A stretch of DNA of 64,000 bases from the NCBI GenBank assembly GCA_052426225.1, contig JBNJNM010000008.1, forward strand, positions 682,001 to 746,000. The letters are read 5' to 3'. A model generated the notes under the pieces. The model was given only the letters and a program-made list of their open reading frames with translations, was not told the DNA's origin and searched no databases. The stretch's first letter is position 1; each line of letters begins with the position of its first letter. Source of the stretch: Zancudomyces culisetae HAW-14-8 (Eukaryota; Fungi; Kickxellomycota). Shown one piece after another: positions 26,285 to 38,668 of the stretch. Made by a program: the position numbers and the translations under genes.

Positions 26285-26646
26285 TTTCAAGTATCTTAAG
26301 TTGAGAATCTGCTGAGGTCGATTTACGGTTTTTAACTTCAAGGCTAGTGAATTTTAGTCACAACAGAAATACCTGTCTCTTTCTCTCTTCAATCAAATTT
26401 GATTGAGCAAAAAAAATTTTGAAACTGTATTCCATTTTGGTTTAGCAGGGCTTGGAACTAATTTGTCAAGTTTTGAGCTGATACAAATCACATAGAACGC
26501 AGGTTTACTGAATCTTGCACTTGTATTATTGAAGTAAGCTAGAAACAACGTGGTATTCGTCTAAAAACTAAAAATAAAAAGAAAAGAACCAAACAAGCTG
26601 AAAACCATATATCTGGAATCCCATCAAAACGCAAGAAAGAAAAAGC

Positions 26647-28710
26647 TTAAAGCTTGGATGAGCCAGAAGGTCCCTTGAGTGTAGGACCAATGTACTTGTC
26701 AAAGAAGCTCTTACGAATAGCATCACCAGTTCCGTCTCTGTTTAGTGGCTCCTCCAAGGCTCTGGCCATGTAATCTTCGTAAACTTTTCCATCCTCTCTA
26801 CCCAAGCTTGAATTAAGAGTTTCGTCTGGAACCTTCAGTGCATCAACTAGAGGGACGGCAATGGTTCTTGCTGCCTTGATGCTATTCAAGTATTCTGTGT
26901 TCAATGCTTCAATGAGTTCGCGGGTAACTGAGGCTTCCTTTGGCAGGGCGTAAAGCTCACCAGTATTTCTAGTCAGGAAAGACAAGGCGGAGATGCAATA
27001 CATTGCATCCAGGGCTGGTCTCAGTGGAGAATTTGCAGGAAGTTTTTCAATGTGTTTGCCAAAGTACAGGCAAACAATGAATTCAGCATGGGCAGTACAA
27101 ACTGTTTGAGCGGTAACAAGGAAATCTTCAAATGGTCTTTTTTCAACATAAACTTTGGTGGCAAGCTGTTGAACCATTACAGCAAATCTGTATGCAAGAA
27201 TATCAAGAAGGAGTTGCTTGCTCTTGACAATTTCTGATGGGGATCTATTGGCCCAGGTATACAACTGTGCGGCAGATAGACGGTTACCCTTATTGTAGTA
27301 GCGGGTAAGAGCGTTTGAGGTATCGTTTACACCAACGGATTCACCACAGGCAATGGAGTTTGCTGTTTTGATCAAATATCTAACTGTTTGCTGAGCCAAC
27401 ATATAGTTGTCACCCTCCCAGATAATATTTGGATAGTTATCTGCAAAGTACTCATTTAATCCTGAAAATTGAGAAAATCCGTGTCCACCACACAAATGGC
27501 GGCAAGTATCTACCCCGTAAATGGCGGTTTCTGATGACCATCTCTTCAAGCCACAGCTAGATGCGTGCATTTCCTTCAACAGACTAAAGTCACCTTCTTC
27601 GATGGCTGACATACATCGCTCATATTGTTCGCGGAACTCATGAGCCATTCCCAACAATGCGTATGTCTTTGCAACTAATGGAATAACACGGTATTGTACA
27701 ATACCATAATCCAATACAGGTGACTCTGGTTTTCCTGCTTCGCCAAACTGACGTCTTACAGATGCATATCTGACTGCAACAGTGACAGCTTTAGCGAGTA
27801 CGTGACCCATTCCTGCGGCAATACTAGTTCGTACCTGGACCATGGTACTGTAAGTAATTCTTGGATCTATTCCTTTTGGCCGAGTCACCTTTCCATCCCT
27901 TGAAACTTGAATGTATCTTTGGAGCAAGTTAAACCTTGGCACTCTTACCTTATCCAAAGACAAGAATCCGTTGTCCATTGTGTTAAAACCAAACTTGGGA
28001 CCAATATCACCCACATGAACACCTGGGAATGGCTTATGATCCTCCATTGATCTGATGGGGACAATCAATGGGAATACACCGATATGCTTGCCCTTGACGT
28101 AAAGTTGTGCCATAACAATGGCATGAGTGGCACCAACGCCCAATGTTCCTATCCACCACTTTGTAGCTGTCAAGGTTGGCATATTGAGCTCAAACTCATC
28201 AGTTTCTTCTATGAATGTTGCTGTTGTCTCTATTCCGCGAACATTGGAACCGTGTCCCATTTCAGTTTGAGCATAGCATCCAATAATTCTGTAATCCAAT
28301 GTAGGTTCAAGGAATGCCTTCTTTTGCTCTGCGTTACACTGATTTTCCAACGTTGTGGTAAACATGCTACGAGACAGTGAGTATGGGAGAGGTATTCCCA
28401 AAATCTGTGTAATTGCGCTAAATTCATCCTTTGTTATTTTTTTCTCTCTGAAAAGCTGAACCAACCTGAGCTCAATTTTGTATGCATGATCAAATTTTTC
28501 AACTCTGCTCAAGTTGTAAAAATCTCTCAAGTCGAATATCTCTGGCTCAGCACGAATAACCTGAAGTGCCTTTTCTCTCATCCTGGAGTAGCTATCTCCA
28601 TTGATAAAGACATCCATTTCACTGCCCGGAAAATTGGCCTTTTTTCTCTCCTGAGCCAGTGAGTATGCAGTGTTTGGCTCTGACTGTTTCAAATGTGTTG
28701 GAAATCTCAT
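26647..28710 (-). CDS. ACOX: Peroxisomal acyl-CoA oxidase (intronless)
   Basis: GCYAQTEMGHGSNVRGIETTA, KWWIG, GDIGPKFG, CGGHGF, WEGDN (catalytic Glu) and a C-terminal PTS1 (-SKL). Confidence 0.95.
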   Translation of the reverse strand: MRFPTHLKQSEPNTAYSLAQERKKANFPGSEMDVFINGDSYSRMREKALQVIRAEPEIFDLRDFYNLSRVEKFDHAYKIELRLVQLFREKKITKDEFSAITQILGIPLPYSLSRSMFTTTLENQCNAEQKKAFLEPTLDYRIIGCYAQTEMGHGSNVRGIETTATFIEETDEFELNMPTLTATKWWIGTLGVGATHAIVMAQLYVKGKHIGVFPLIVPIRSMEDHKPFPGVHVGDIGPKFGFNTMDNGFLSLDKVRVPRFNLLQRYIQVSRDGKVTRPKGIDPRITYSTMVQVRTSIAAGMGHVLAKAVTVAVRYASVRRQFGEAGKPESPVLDYGIVQYRVIPLVAKTYALLGMAHEFREQYERCMSAIEEGDFSLLKEMHASSCGLKRWSSETAIYGVDTCRHLCGGHGFSQFSGLNEYFADNYPNIIWEGDNYMLAQQTVRYLIKTANSIACGESVGVNDTSNALTRYYNKGNRLSAAQLYTWANRSPSEIVKSKQLLLDILAYRFAVMVQQLATKVYVEKRPFEDFLVTAQTVCTAHAEFIVCLYFGKHIEKLPANSPLRPALDAMYCISALSFLTRNTGELYALPKEASVTRELIEALNTEYLNSIKAARTIAVPLVDALKVPDETLNSSLGREDGKVYEDYMARALEEPLNRDGTGDAIRKSFFDKYIGPTLKGPSGSSKL

Positions 28711-31700
28711 TTTTGCTTTTTTTTAGTTTATGCCTTGAATACCCGTGTATTTTTTGCGTTGTTTAATAACCCTCAAAGTGACCTTTTTTGTAATTATATA
28801 TTGTTAGCGTCAATATTCAGATATACGATTTTTGTATGAAGGGTTTGGTGGAATAACTTGAGGCTTTTATATGGCACTGCTTTCTTAATTTATTGCTTAT
28901 TTTGTTTTATGTTGGTTCCTGCACATTCTGGTTTGAATTTCTACAAAGTGTGCCTTATTCGATGCACATTCACATAATTATTTTACAAAAACGATACTAA
29001 AGCCGAACTCTGATTTTGTTTCACATGTGAAGAATTGGTCAATCCGCTTTTTTTTTTCTGTGCCCATTTACCAAACAACATTGCGTCGAAATTGAGCGGC
29101 AGCTTATGCTAAATTGTATCTTCCATTATTTAAGTGTATTTTCTCGTTTTTAAACGAATCAAAAAATATCAGGAAATGGCGGAAGTCTGGTTGTGTTTGA
29201 GGGTAATATGAAATGTTTGCAAGATAAAAGAAAACACTAAATGTGTCTATCAAAACCTAAAACTGTTTTGAAAGAAAAGAAAAAAGGAAAGAAATTCCTT
29301 TGTTTCTGTTCTGACAAAAATCCGCATCAGTCGTACCACAAAAAAACGCATCAAATATCCTTTTGATGCATCGAACAGCAACAAAACCAATTGAACATGA
29401 CCCCTGAGATTTATGGATCCTAAAGTTGTTGGTTGTCTACAGCTTAAAAATGCCAGTAGACTATATAGCCAAACCAGTTAAGTTTAAACTACTTGGACAC
29501 TGGTGTCACCGTAGCTGGGTTGCTGCAGTTTCTTGCAAAAAAGGAAAAAGAGTCGTTTTTTTTTGTGCTTCACTCAAAAATGGCACAGAGAAGTAAATCG
29601 ATATGACTAGGATTTTCCCTTTATCACGTGCTTAGAATAAATAATAGAGACCATGTGAGAAAGTAGGCTCTGGCCCTCCAAGCAACCTAGTGGTGGTATA
29701 CTTTTTGACTATAGCCAGAATATGACATTCTTTGGTTTGTTATATTGGTATCCCCAATTCTTCAAGTTGAGCCAACTCGTTTATTTTGTACCATTTATCA
29801 TAGCTTCCCCGTAGCCTGGATGTAACGCCATAAGGCCATTGCTTAACTCGTTTCAAAATGCATAAAGTTATTTTTGGTGGAATGGCAACTTGTACATGCA
29901 GAAAATTACATGTGAAAACCGATTTTGAAGTATGGCGTGAGCTTTGGGTTTTTGTTTTAGAAAAATATTTGGTCCTATGCATTTATTTTTTTATTTTTTT
30001 TGTCATATGCGTTTGTTATTGTAATTTTATAACATTTTTTTATCTGCTTATACGTAAGTTGTTTCAGCTAATTGAATGTAAAAAAAAAGAGGAATTGTAA
30101 GTGGGTTGCACTTTGCACAAAAGCTATATGAATAGCAAAGTACACTGGAAAACCTGTTAGTGAGAGTTTCGGCCTTTGTAGCTTTGAATAGTTGGATATA
30201 AAACAGTGGATACATATAATTGAACGTTGAGGGGGGGTGATTGTCAAAAATTTAGACGCTTCCCTACACCAACATGTAGTAAATAGTTTAGAAAAAAAAT
30301 AAAGGCCAGTTCAACAGCGTTCTAGTAAATACAACGCCACTTACATTTAGGCTTATGAGGTTCACCCCCTCCTCTCCCTCCCTTTCCGATATATGCTGTA
30401 CCGATACCTTGCATTTTTTTTAAAAAAATTTAAAAACATAATGATTTCGCCAGTTTCTGACTTGGTAAACCTCACTCTTGACATTAAAAAAAAATGAGAG
30501 CCAAGGAGTAAAGTTAAATCAAGACTATTACTGATATTTCAAAACTTCAGTACTTGTTAACATTTTTCAGTATTATGCGTGATAGAATAGTGACCTAGCC
30601 CATATCATGAAACTATGAGCTCAGTTTGCCATATTAATACCTACCTGTACTGCGACTCAATTCGTGAATTTAGCACAGTGCAAATGTTTGAGCATCTTCA
30701 TCGTGAATAAGGTTTTGAAAGATTCATGAGGATTCGATTTGAATATTGTTATGTTGGCTGTCCTGATTTGTATTACACACTAATAAGATCCACAGCCGGA
30801 ATGGGGCCATAGATATTCCAAAACGTGTAATGAGTAGAATTCCATTTACACGTTGCATAACTCTCGTTTCTTGTGTGTGATTTCCAACTATAAGCTAAAA
30901 GTTGCAATTACACTCCTATATCTTTTTTTAAAGCAAACGTAATTTAACTACCAAGAAGCGCACCACGTGATAGGTTTGTGCTAACCGGAACTGTGGCAGA
31001 ATTTGCATTCTGCTCACTGTATAACCACAGATCATGGAAATTTTGTACAATGTTAAACAAAGTGTATCATAGCTACCAGAGATCGCTACAAGAGACAAAA
31101 CGGGTTTAGGTGAAACCCTGCCACTCTGTTCATACCCACCAATATTATAGACCTCAGCACTACTCACCTATGGTGTTACAAACGCTGGTATTATAAGGTA
31201 GATATTTGAAAGTACATAAAGGGTAGAGTATCTGCTTTGTATTTATATTTGTAAGCGTTATTAACTTTTTGGGTTTCAACACGCTTGTCAAACTTGCATC
31301 TTCAAAATATTATTTTAACTCTTTTTAGATGTCAAACTGACCCGGATAGATTTGGGACAAAGATATATCTGCAAAAGCAAGTATTGATAGTAGCATAGGA
31401 TGTACCACATCACTGCTTGGTGTAGTTTGATTCCATTGTTAATAGCGAGCCTCCCCTTTCCTTTCCCCTCTCTTGGGTTATTCACAAGCATTTATACATA
31501 CCAAATAAAAAAATGTACTGAAACAGACCTAAGTATAGAATGCAAAGTATGCAGCAGCACACGTGCACTACGCGCTAAAAAGGGCATGGGCTAGGTCGCT
31601 TTCAGAAACTTGTGAATTATGTTCAACCAGCAAAGCAAATACAACCTGCTCTATTATATGTGGGGGTTTTTGTTTAAAATAGTTAATTTCAAAGTATTTT

Positions 31701-32327
31701 ATACTAAATTGATTGGTGAAAAGTTAAGATTTTGCTTTTTAGAAAAAAAAAAGTTATAATTGAGCCAACTGTTTCTGACCACAGGTAGGAGATTCGCTGG
31801 AATAAAAATAGGAGAATTAATAAAAAAAACAAAACAAAACAAAACGTTCTGTAACACTACGTGATTAACTTGCAAATGAAAAAACTGGCAATTTCACCAT
31901 ATAGGAAACAGGAGCATTATAATTGTAAACAATATATTAGCCAATTTTACAAATCCATGAAGCTAAATAAATAAAAATAACGTAATCGATAGTTTGATTT
32001 ATTTTGATTTTCAAAATTGCAAAGTATTAGAATTAGAATGAGTGGAAGTCAATCTATAAAAAATAAAAGCTAAACAGGTGGATTAAACATTTTTCAATAT
32101 ATTTAACATGTTTTTTGGTAGAATTGAAATTTAATCGCTGCAAGTGGACTAGCGATATATTTAGATAAACCGAAACCCAGACTTATTTACAACTAAAATT
32201 AATCAACCGGTGTTTCTATTGGAATGCCGCAAACACACGTAAAAGGTGTTGAACACAAAGAATTTAGGTAAATTGGTTGAGCAGTTTTGTAGCTGGATGG
32301 TTTGCTCTGCAAATTAGCAGAAAACAT

Positions 32328-32404
32328 TACAGATCATAGAGTACAGATTACAAATTGCAGAATACAGAATACAAACTACGTACTGCATACTGCATACTAC
32401 ATTA
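32328..32404. repeat. Degenerate 7-bp tandem repeat, ~11 units
   Basis: tacagat catagag tacagat tacaaat tgcagaa tacagaa tacaaac tacgtac tgcatac tgcatac tacatta. Confidence 0.7.
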
Positions 32405-33267
32405 AAGAGTTTCTTCGTCAGCTTCCTAGAGTAAAGCTACCAGTCTTTAAAAAGCAACAAAAAAAAACATATGTATATCTACTTTTACTTTGCTAAGCAG
32501 TTCACAAAACAGCAGCAATATAAGCGGAATATAGAATTTTCCTCAACTAACGCCGAAAAGATTTGTCACCACACTCAATTCCCAGTCACCTTTAAAGCAA
32601 ATAGCCAACGCTACAGGGTAGATAACATACATAAAATCTGTAAGAATAGAATATAAAGGTATTCATATAAAGGTGGGATACAGACTTGGAGAGTAATAAG
32701 ACTAAGTGTTGGTTTGCGTATATAAACAACTGGCAAATTAGAAAGAGACTAATATTGTTTCTTTTACCACCTAGGATAATACATGAACGAGTAAATGTAT
32801 AGTATATAAAAAATAAATATACAGAAGAGGGCTTTAATTCGGATAGCGAAGCACTAAAAATAATTTTTGAGAAAAGTAGTCACAATAATTTCAATTCCAT
32901 ATTGACATTTTGTTTGTGAGAAAGATACAGTTGGTAAAGTGTACTGAGTATATATTCACTTTTCCGATAAGAGTATTATAAAAAAGGGAAAATTCAACTA
33001 GATCGAATTTGTAACATACAAAAAATATCGATAAAGCTTTGATACACAGTACCACCTTATTACTAAGAGTTGTTCATTTTTACTAAAAACAGAAAAACTA
33101 CTTTACGGAAAGAGATAAAAAGTAGCTCTTTCAACATCAAAGAAGAAAAAATAGGGAAAGTAAAGAAAAGCATATAGATAGATTCGCTGATTCTATTCAT
33201 CACATAACCCTTTGAGAAATATACATACCCGCAACATCGAGCTTGTGAAACAAAAAACACATAAAAT

Positions 33268-35631
33268 ATGCAAAGTATGATCGATAAACATATCAAACAA
33301 GAAATTGGTTTTAATCGGGAGGAGACCAAGTCGATGGTTAGATACATGTACATACGCAACCATGGGATAGAGGGCTTACCATCATTTTCAGGCGATGAAA
33401 AGGAAGATGGAGCAGAATGGTTAGAGTTGTTTGAGGATTACGCCATGAAAAATGGATGGATAGACAAATCTTATGAAGCAAAGAATGATACTTTAACAGA
33501 ACCCGAAGACCAAGCATCAAAAAACTCGTTGCTTATGGAAAAACTAAAAGAAAAGCTAAGAGGTGAGGCAAGGAAATGGCTAGAGACCAGGGACAATCAG
33601 TGTATCTCCACCTGGCGGGAATTCGCACAAGAGTTTTTGGAGGCATTTGGAGGAGCGTTACATTGGACAGACGCAATTAAAGAATTGGCATTGTTAGACT
33701 ATGAAGAGAGCGGCAAAGGTTCGGCGTATGTGTTGGGACAGAGGTACTTAAAGCTCTGGAGAAGAACCAAATATGAAGATATGGGACAAGAGCTATATAT
33801 CTCAATGTACATGGCACGGCTACCAAACGAGATTCAACGGAAACTTGTAGATAATGAGTATACAGATCTTAAAAACCTCATAATGGACGCTGAGGAGTGT
33901 GAAAACGAGAGCATTCCACAAAGTACAGGATTGCGCGAAAAGGGAATTTGTAGAGATGTCACTGGTTACACTACCGAAAGGTCTGCCATGCAAGAGCCAG
34001 GCTTTGATGGTGGGAATGACGAAATGAGTATACAAGAGAGCACATACACAGATTTAGATAAACAGTTTGGACACATGCACATCAATGAAGCAGTTAAACT
34101 AGATCTCAGAGGGATGGCTAGGGATGTAAATGTGAATGTTGGTCGACCAAGCCTCGATAATTATACACGTCAGCCCGAAGACAGGTATTCGTTCAGCAAT
34201 TATACCAATAAAAATGATCGTAAAGATGTGTCAGCTTTTGAGTATTCTCGGGGCTACCCTGCTAAGGGTTACAGGAACTCACCAGACATGAATGACGATG
34301 ATTCTAGATATCATAATCGTGGCGTAACCAGCTATACCACTCGAACATATGGACAACAGGGGAGTTCTGAAAGAGGTGGGTTGGTTGGATTTTATCAAAA
34401 CCCACAGGAAAAGCAAAAGTACAAGAATCGACATGCAACGTCTAATTTTTCTAACCATGCGAACCGTCGGGATACAGGAGGAAGTGAAAGAGGATACTCG
34501 TTTTTAGAAAGAAATGGGTCCAAAAGGGGTACAAATCCATACTTTACAGAGTCCAAAAATAATTATAGACAAAGCTCTGGCCCTAATGGAGGGGGGTGTA
34601 TTAATAACAGTTTTAACTCAGAAAGTGTTCATGGAGCGAACTTTGGAACCAGATTCAGTATTGACTCTGAACAAAAGAGAACAAGTATAGAGGAAAACGA
34701 ATCCATGGGTCCAAAAAGAAGCAATAGCGGAACAGATAAGAGTTTATTTGACCATCTCAACACAAGGGTGTTTGTAAAATCTGCAAGTGGTGCTAAAAAC
34801 ATCATGTCAGGGGGTATCGGTGGTAATAGTAGCAGTGGAAGTAGCAGAGCTAGCACCTATTTTGGTACTGGTAATACAAAGGACGTGTCAATGGACTTTT
34901 ACAACCAGCAAATCAGTTTGCTAGTTGGAGCATCTAGTGGAGGCGATTTTAGGACTACTAGTACCAGCAGAGCCACGTTTATGAACGGAACTGATAGAAA
35001 TAGTTGTGATGCCTTTTTATTCAAAAATGAGGATAATAATGTTAAGGAGCTAACAAGGGAGCTTGACGGAGATAAACAAAAAGACCTGTCCGCAAATGGA
35101 CCTAAATATAGCAATAGAAGCAGTAGCAGCAGTGCAAGTAGTGATACATTATACTACTCTAACAGCAATAGACAACAAATTCCTACATTTGTAAATAGCA
35201 ACGACGGGCTTGTATCACAATCCACTGCAGTTACCTTGACAAAAGCAAATGAGAACGTAGAAGGCCGATTTGGCACAAATGACTCTTTTTCTACGGATGC
35301 AAGAAAGATGAGTTTTGTTGAAGGTGCCGAGTTTCCTGAAAACACAATGATTTGTGCGTTTTGCAAACAGATTGGCCATCATATCAAAACATGTCCGCAT
35401 CCTAGGTGTAAAGCTAGTGTCCTCTATCCTGGAAACAAAAATAACAGTGCACACAACAGGTCACAGCCTTTGAATAGAACGAATAATAGCATTTCTAACC
35501 AGTACACTTTGCGAAAACCTAGTATTCACGATCGTTTTAATGGCAGTAGATTTACTGATAGCCTGAACATGGGTACCTTTAATCGCAACCAACCCCCACC
35601 CTTTATCGAAAGATCGACATCCTACTACTAA
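33268..35631 (+). CDS. Stand-alone Ty3/gypsy-type Gag-like protein (capsid-like domain plus CCHC zinc knuckle), probably domesticated
   Basis: Capsid-like motifs in aa ~33-212: LPSFSGDEKEDGAEWLELFEDYAMKNGW, KLRGEARKWLE..TWREFAQEFLEAF and YMARLPNEIQRKL..DLKNLIMDAEECE. CX2CX4HX4C knuckle CAFCKQIGHHIKTC at 35353-35394. No protease, RT or integrase follows. Confidence 0.75.
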   Translation: MQSMIDKHIKQEIGFNREETKSMVRYMYIRNHGIEGLPSFSGDEKEDGAEWLELFEDYAMKNGWIDKSYEAKNDTLTEPEDQASKNSLLMEKLKEKLRGEARKWLETRDNQCISTWREFAQEFLEAFGGALHWTDAIKELALLDYEESGKGSAYVLGQRYLKLWRRTKYEDMGQELYISMYMARLPNEIQRKLVDNEYTDLKNLIMDAEECENESIPQSTGLREKGICRDVTGYTTERSAMQEPGFDGGNDEMSIQESTYTDLDKQFGHMHINEAVKLDLRGMARDVNVNVGRPSLDNYTRQPEDRYSFSNYTNKNDRKDVSAFEYSRGYPAKGYRNSPDMNDDDSRYHNRGVTSYTTRTYGQQGSSERGGLVGFYQNPQEKQKYKNRHATSNFSNHANRRDTGGSERGYSFLERNGSKRGTNPYFTESKNNYRQSSGPNGGGCINNSFNSESVHGANFGTRFSIDSEQKRTSIEENESMGPKRSNSGTDKSLFDHLNTRVFVKSASGAKNIMSGGIGGNSSSGSSRASTYFGTGNTKDVSMDFYNQQISLLVGASSGGDFRTTSTSRATFMNGTDRNSCDAFLFKNEDNNVKELTRELDGDKQKDLSANGPKYSNRSSSSSASSDTLYYSNSNRQQIPTFVNSNDGLVSQSTAVTLTKANENVEGRFGTNDSFSTDARKMSFVEGAEFPENTMICAFCKQIGHHIKTCPHPRCKASVLYPGNKNNSAHNRSQPLNRTNNSISNQYTLRKPSIHDRFNGSRFTDSLNMGTFNRNQPPPFIERSTSYY

Positions 35632-35901
35632 AATGCCACGCCAAATATGTCACTAATATGTTTACTGTTGTTCTGTACTAACAACGCTCCTCTAACCTCT
35701 ATCTTCTTCCTTCATTCTCTCATTCTTTCGTCATGTTATCTTTTTTTTTATTGTTTTTTTATTGTGGTGTACTTTAGAGAATACACAGAACTCAGCTCAT
35801 AGTTTGTTCGTTTTTTTGTTGTTTTTTGATTCAAAATATGTACCAACTAAAAAGGCTATTTTCTTCGTTTAGAAAAAAATGGTGTAAAAAATTGAAACGG
35901 G

Positions 35902-38229
35902 TTACACAAAATGAAAGATGCTCTGAACCCCATTATATATTATTTGCTTTGTCTCTGGAATATAGTGATGTGTAGTGAGCTTGATGGCCTCTTGAGCGAC
36001 TAGGCCCCCCATTACCGCCGCAATACTATGTACTTGAGCTCCTCCAGATCTAACAAACTCGTTAAAAACTTGAGCATAAGCTTTTTTCTCATTTAAGGTA
36101 GTTATCAACGACTCCATGTTGATATATTCATCGGAAGAAACCAGTCCAGAGAATGACTGGATGAGTAAGCAGTCGAAAATAGCCCGGAATCTTTGTCTGT
36201 CCTTCAAGAGTACATTTTTGTCTTGCTTAACTTCACCAGGGTATCGATGATATATACTTTTAAATAGCAAAGCTCCCTGTAGTGCCACTGCGGCCATCTC
36301 ACCTATACCAAGCTTGTCAATCGCATCCTCCTCATCGCTTTGATCTTCGTAATGCAAATCTGTTTGATCAGCACCGAATTGCTCAGTATGACGATTATTT
36401 TCATGTTCCTTTATAACTGCTATGACCTTAGGGTCTACTTCAAATTTGTTTGCGTTAATCACGCTGATATTTCTACAGTTTTTGCAAAACACCTCCGCTT
36501 GTTCAAAAGAAATAGCCAGCTCTTCCGCGTGTTCTGCCTTCTCCGTCTGGTTCATATTTGCCAGGATTTTCAAAACATAACTGTACACAGCTTTTGCATC
36601 CACTCTAGCCTTTTCTTTGTATACTTTTTGGATTTCAACATATCTCTTTGTATCTGAAAACATATCAGGAAGAGTACCCACTAGTGGAAGCTTCCGTGAT
36701 CCCTCATCTTGGTTTTCAAGAAACATCTTCAGAGCCTTTACCAGAATCCAAAACACTTTGTTCTATAGCGCATACCAAAACGTTGAGAAAAACCACCAGA
36801 AACATCATAAACAAGATATTTTTAAACAGGAGAATATATTTGAACTTACGTATATTTTGGTTTGTGTATCTGCTAAATTTACTGCATCAGCCATATTAAG
36901 GATTTCTACTATGTGTTCAGGGATTTTATACTCTGTAATAAGCCTTAGAACATTATTCTCTGCTTCCTCGTAATTTTGGCGATCAAAAGTTCCCTTAGCC
37001 TCCTTGATCTGAGCTGCAAACTCCTTTTTCTGCTTGAATGTTTGTGGGATATTGCCTCCGTTCTAGTTAAAACAAAGATAACATGGTTTTAGATCCGGTC
37101 TTACAAAAGAAAAGTACATCCAGCAACCAATAATCGATGGGTTATTTTAAACATTTCAAATGGAAAGCCATAAATTATTTACCTTTGATTTCCATTCAGC
37201 AATGAACTTGATCAATAAAACCAGGTATGGAACATGACTATGTTCCATTTCGTCAAGTGCACTCAGATCCACAGAGTCTACGTATTCTGATAACTCTGCA
37301 AAGGGATCGCATATCCTCAGATCGTCGATTTCTTCGCTATGGCTTTCAATGACTATTTCAAGCAAAATAATACGTAAGATTATACAGTATTAGACTCAAA
37401 AGTGGATAGTATATTTAAAACTAAAGGATCCAAGGATTTGTTACCGCAATGTTCAGGGATAAACGACTTGGAAAATCCAAAAAACCCGTTTGTTTGGCAA
37501 TTAATTAACGGAATCCTTCGTTTGGTGCATTTGACGCCGACTTTTTCAACCGTAATCATATCGAAATTACAAGAAAGTACTAAATCGTACCCGGAAAACG
37601 TATTTTTCTCTTGGTTAATATACTCAAAGACGTCCTATCCCCATTGTTCAAATTATTAGTTCTAAGAACAAGCATATCTGATATTTCATATAAATATAAT
37701 AGTATAAGGAAATGGAGACCTACGCAATGCATGCCCTGGCCAATTACGGAGGGATTCAGTTGACAAACATTCCTCGCAATCGTTTCTGCCAAGCTTTTTC
37801 CAACATCATCCCTTGCTACAAAATAGTTTGTAGCTACATCGTTGCTGGTAACAATTGACGAATCTACAATCAGAAATTCTCCTATGCCTACATTTGCACA
37901 ATTTATATACACATGTACATATGCATTCTACATTAATAATGTGTTATTAAATAAAATCACACACAAATACGACAAGGGAAACTATGTAGATTTTAAGTGT
38001 TACCAGTAAGTACAAGATTTTTTAAAACCTCAGAGCCCAACAGTCCAGAACCCAAAACCAAAACTTTGCTATTATATAACTGCCTTTGACCAGATAGATC
38101 CCATAAACTAGTAAAAAAGCACAAACAAACAAACAAGCTTTGTCAGAGTTATTTACACAACATATTGTTAAAACCGACTTACCGGATTTGTCTGTCATAT
38201 CTATCAACTCTTATGTCTTCAGACTTCAT
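35902..38229 (-). CDS. NAE1: NEDD8-activating enzyme E1 regulatory subunit (APPBP1/ULA1), multi-exon
   Basis: Spliced MKSEDIRVDRYDRQIR|LWDLSGQ, GSEVLKNLVLTG, DLRICDPF, EHSHVPYLVLL, LPLVGTLPDMFSDT and GGLVAQEAIKLTTHHYIP. Confidence 0.9.
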
Positions 38230-38668
38230 TTTTTTATTCGGATATGATGACATTTAGAAAAGAATATAGTTTCCCACAATTTTTCTATGCTAGTTCATGG
38301 AACAGAATTTTTTTTTTTTTAGAAAAAAGAGCAGCTTTGAGTGTGTTAGTGTCTGTTTCTGTTTCTATTTCCTCTTTTTGCTATCTGCCTTTGTGTGTTT
38401 AAATACGAATTCTAGAATATTTTGGTATTTCATTTACTGCGGAAACTCAAAATTAAATCAATACCCGTAAATCAATTCCAACTTTATGATTACTAAAATA
38501 ATTGCATGATTAGTTAGCACTGAAACCTAAAAAAAAAGAGAACAAAGGAAAACTTTTTAATTTATTTTTTTATAGTTTGATTTGGTTTATTAAACTGTCA
38601 TTGTTAATATTAAGCATTGGTAGCTACAAAAATAAACACAAGTAAACAGAGCCTTAAATATCCTTGAG

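Noticed and set aside
29583-29612. ACAGAGAAG, U6 snRNA-like
   Set aside because: Not followed by ATTAGCATGGCCCC or the U6 internal stem-loop.
28711-33267. Short ORFs in the ACOX-Gag intergenic region (e.g. 29740-29982, 30928-31167, 31400-31594)
   Set aside because: No motifs, coding-like composition or retroelement pol fragments recognised.
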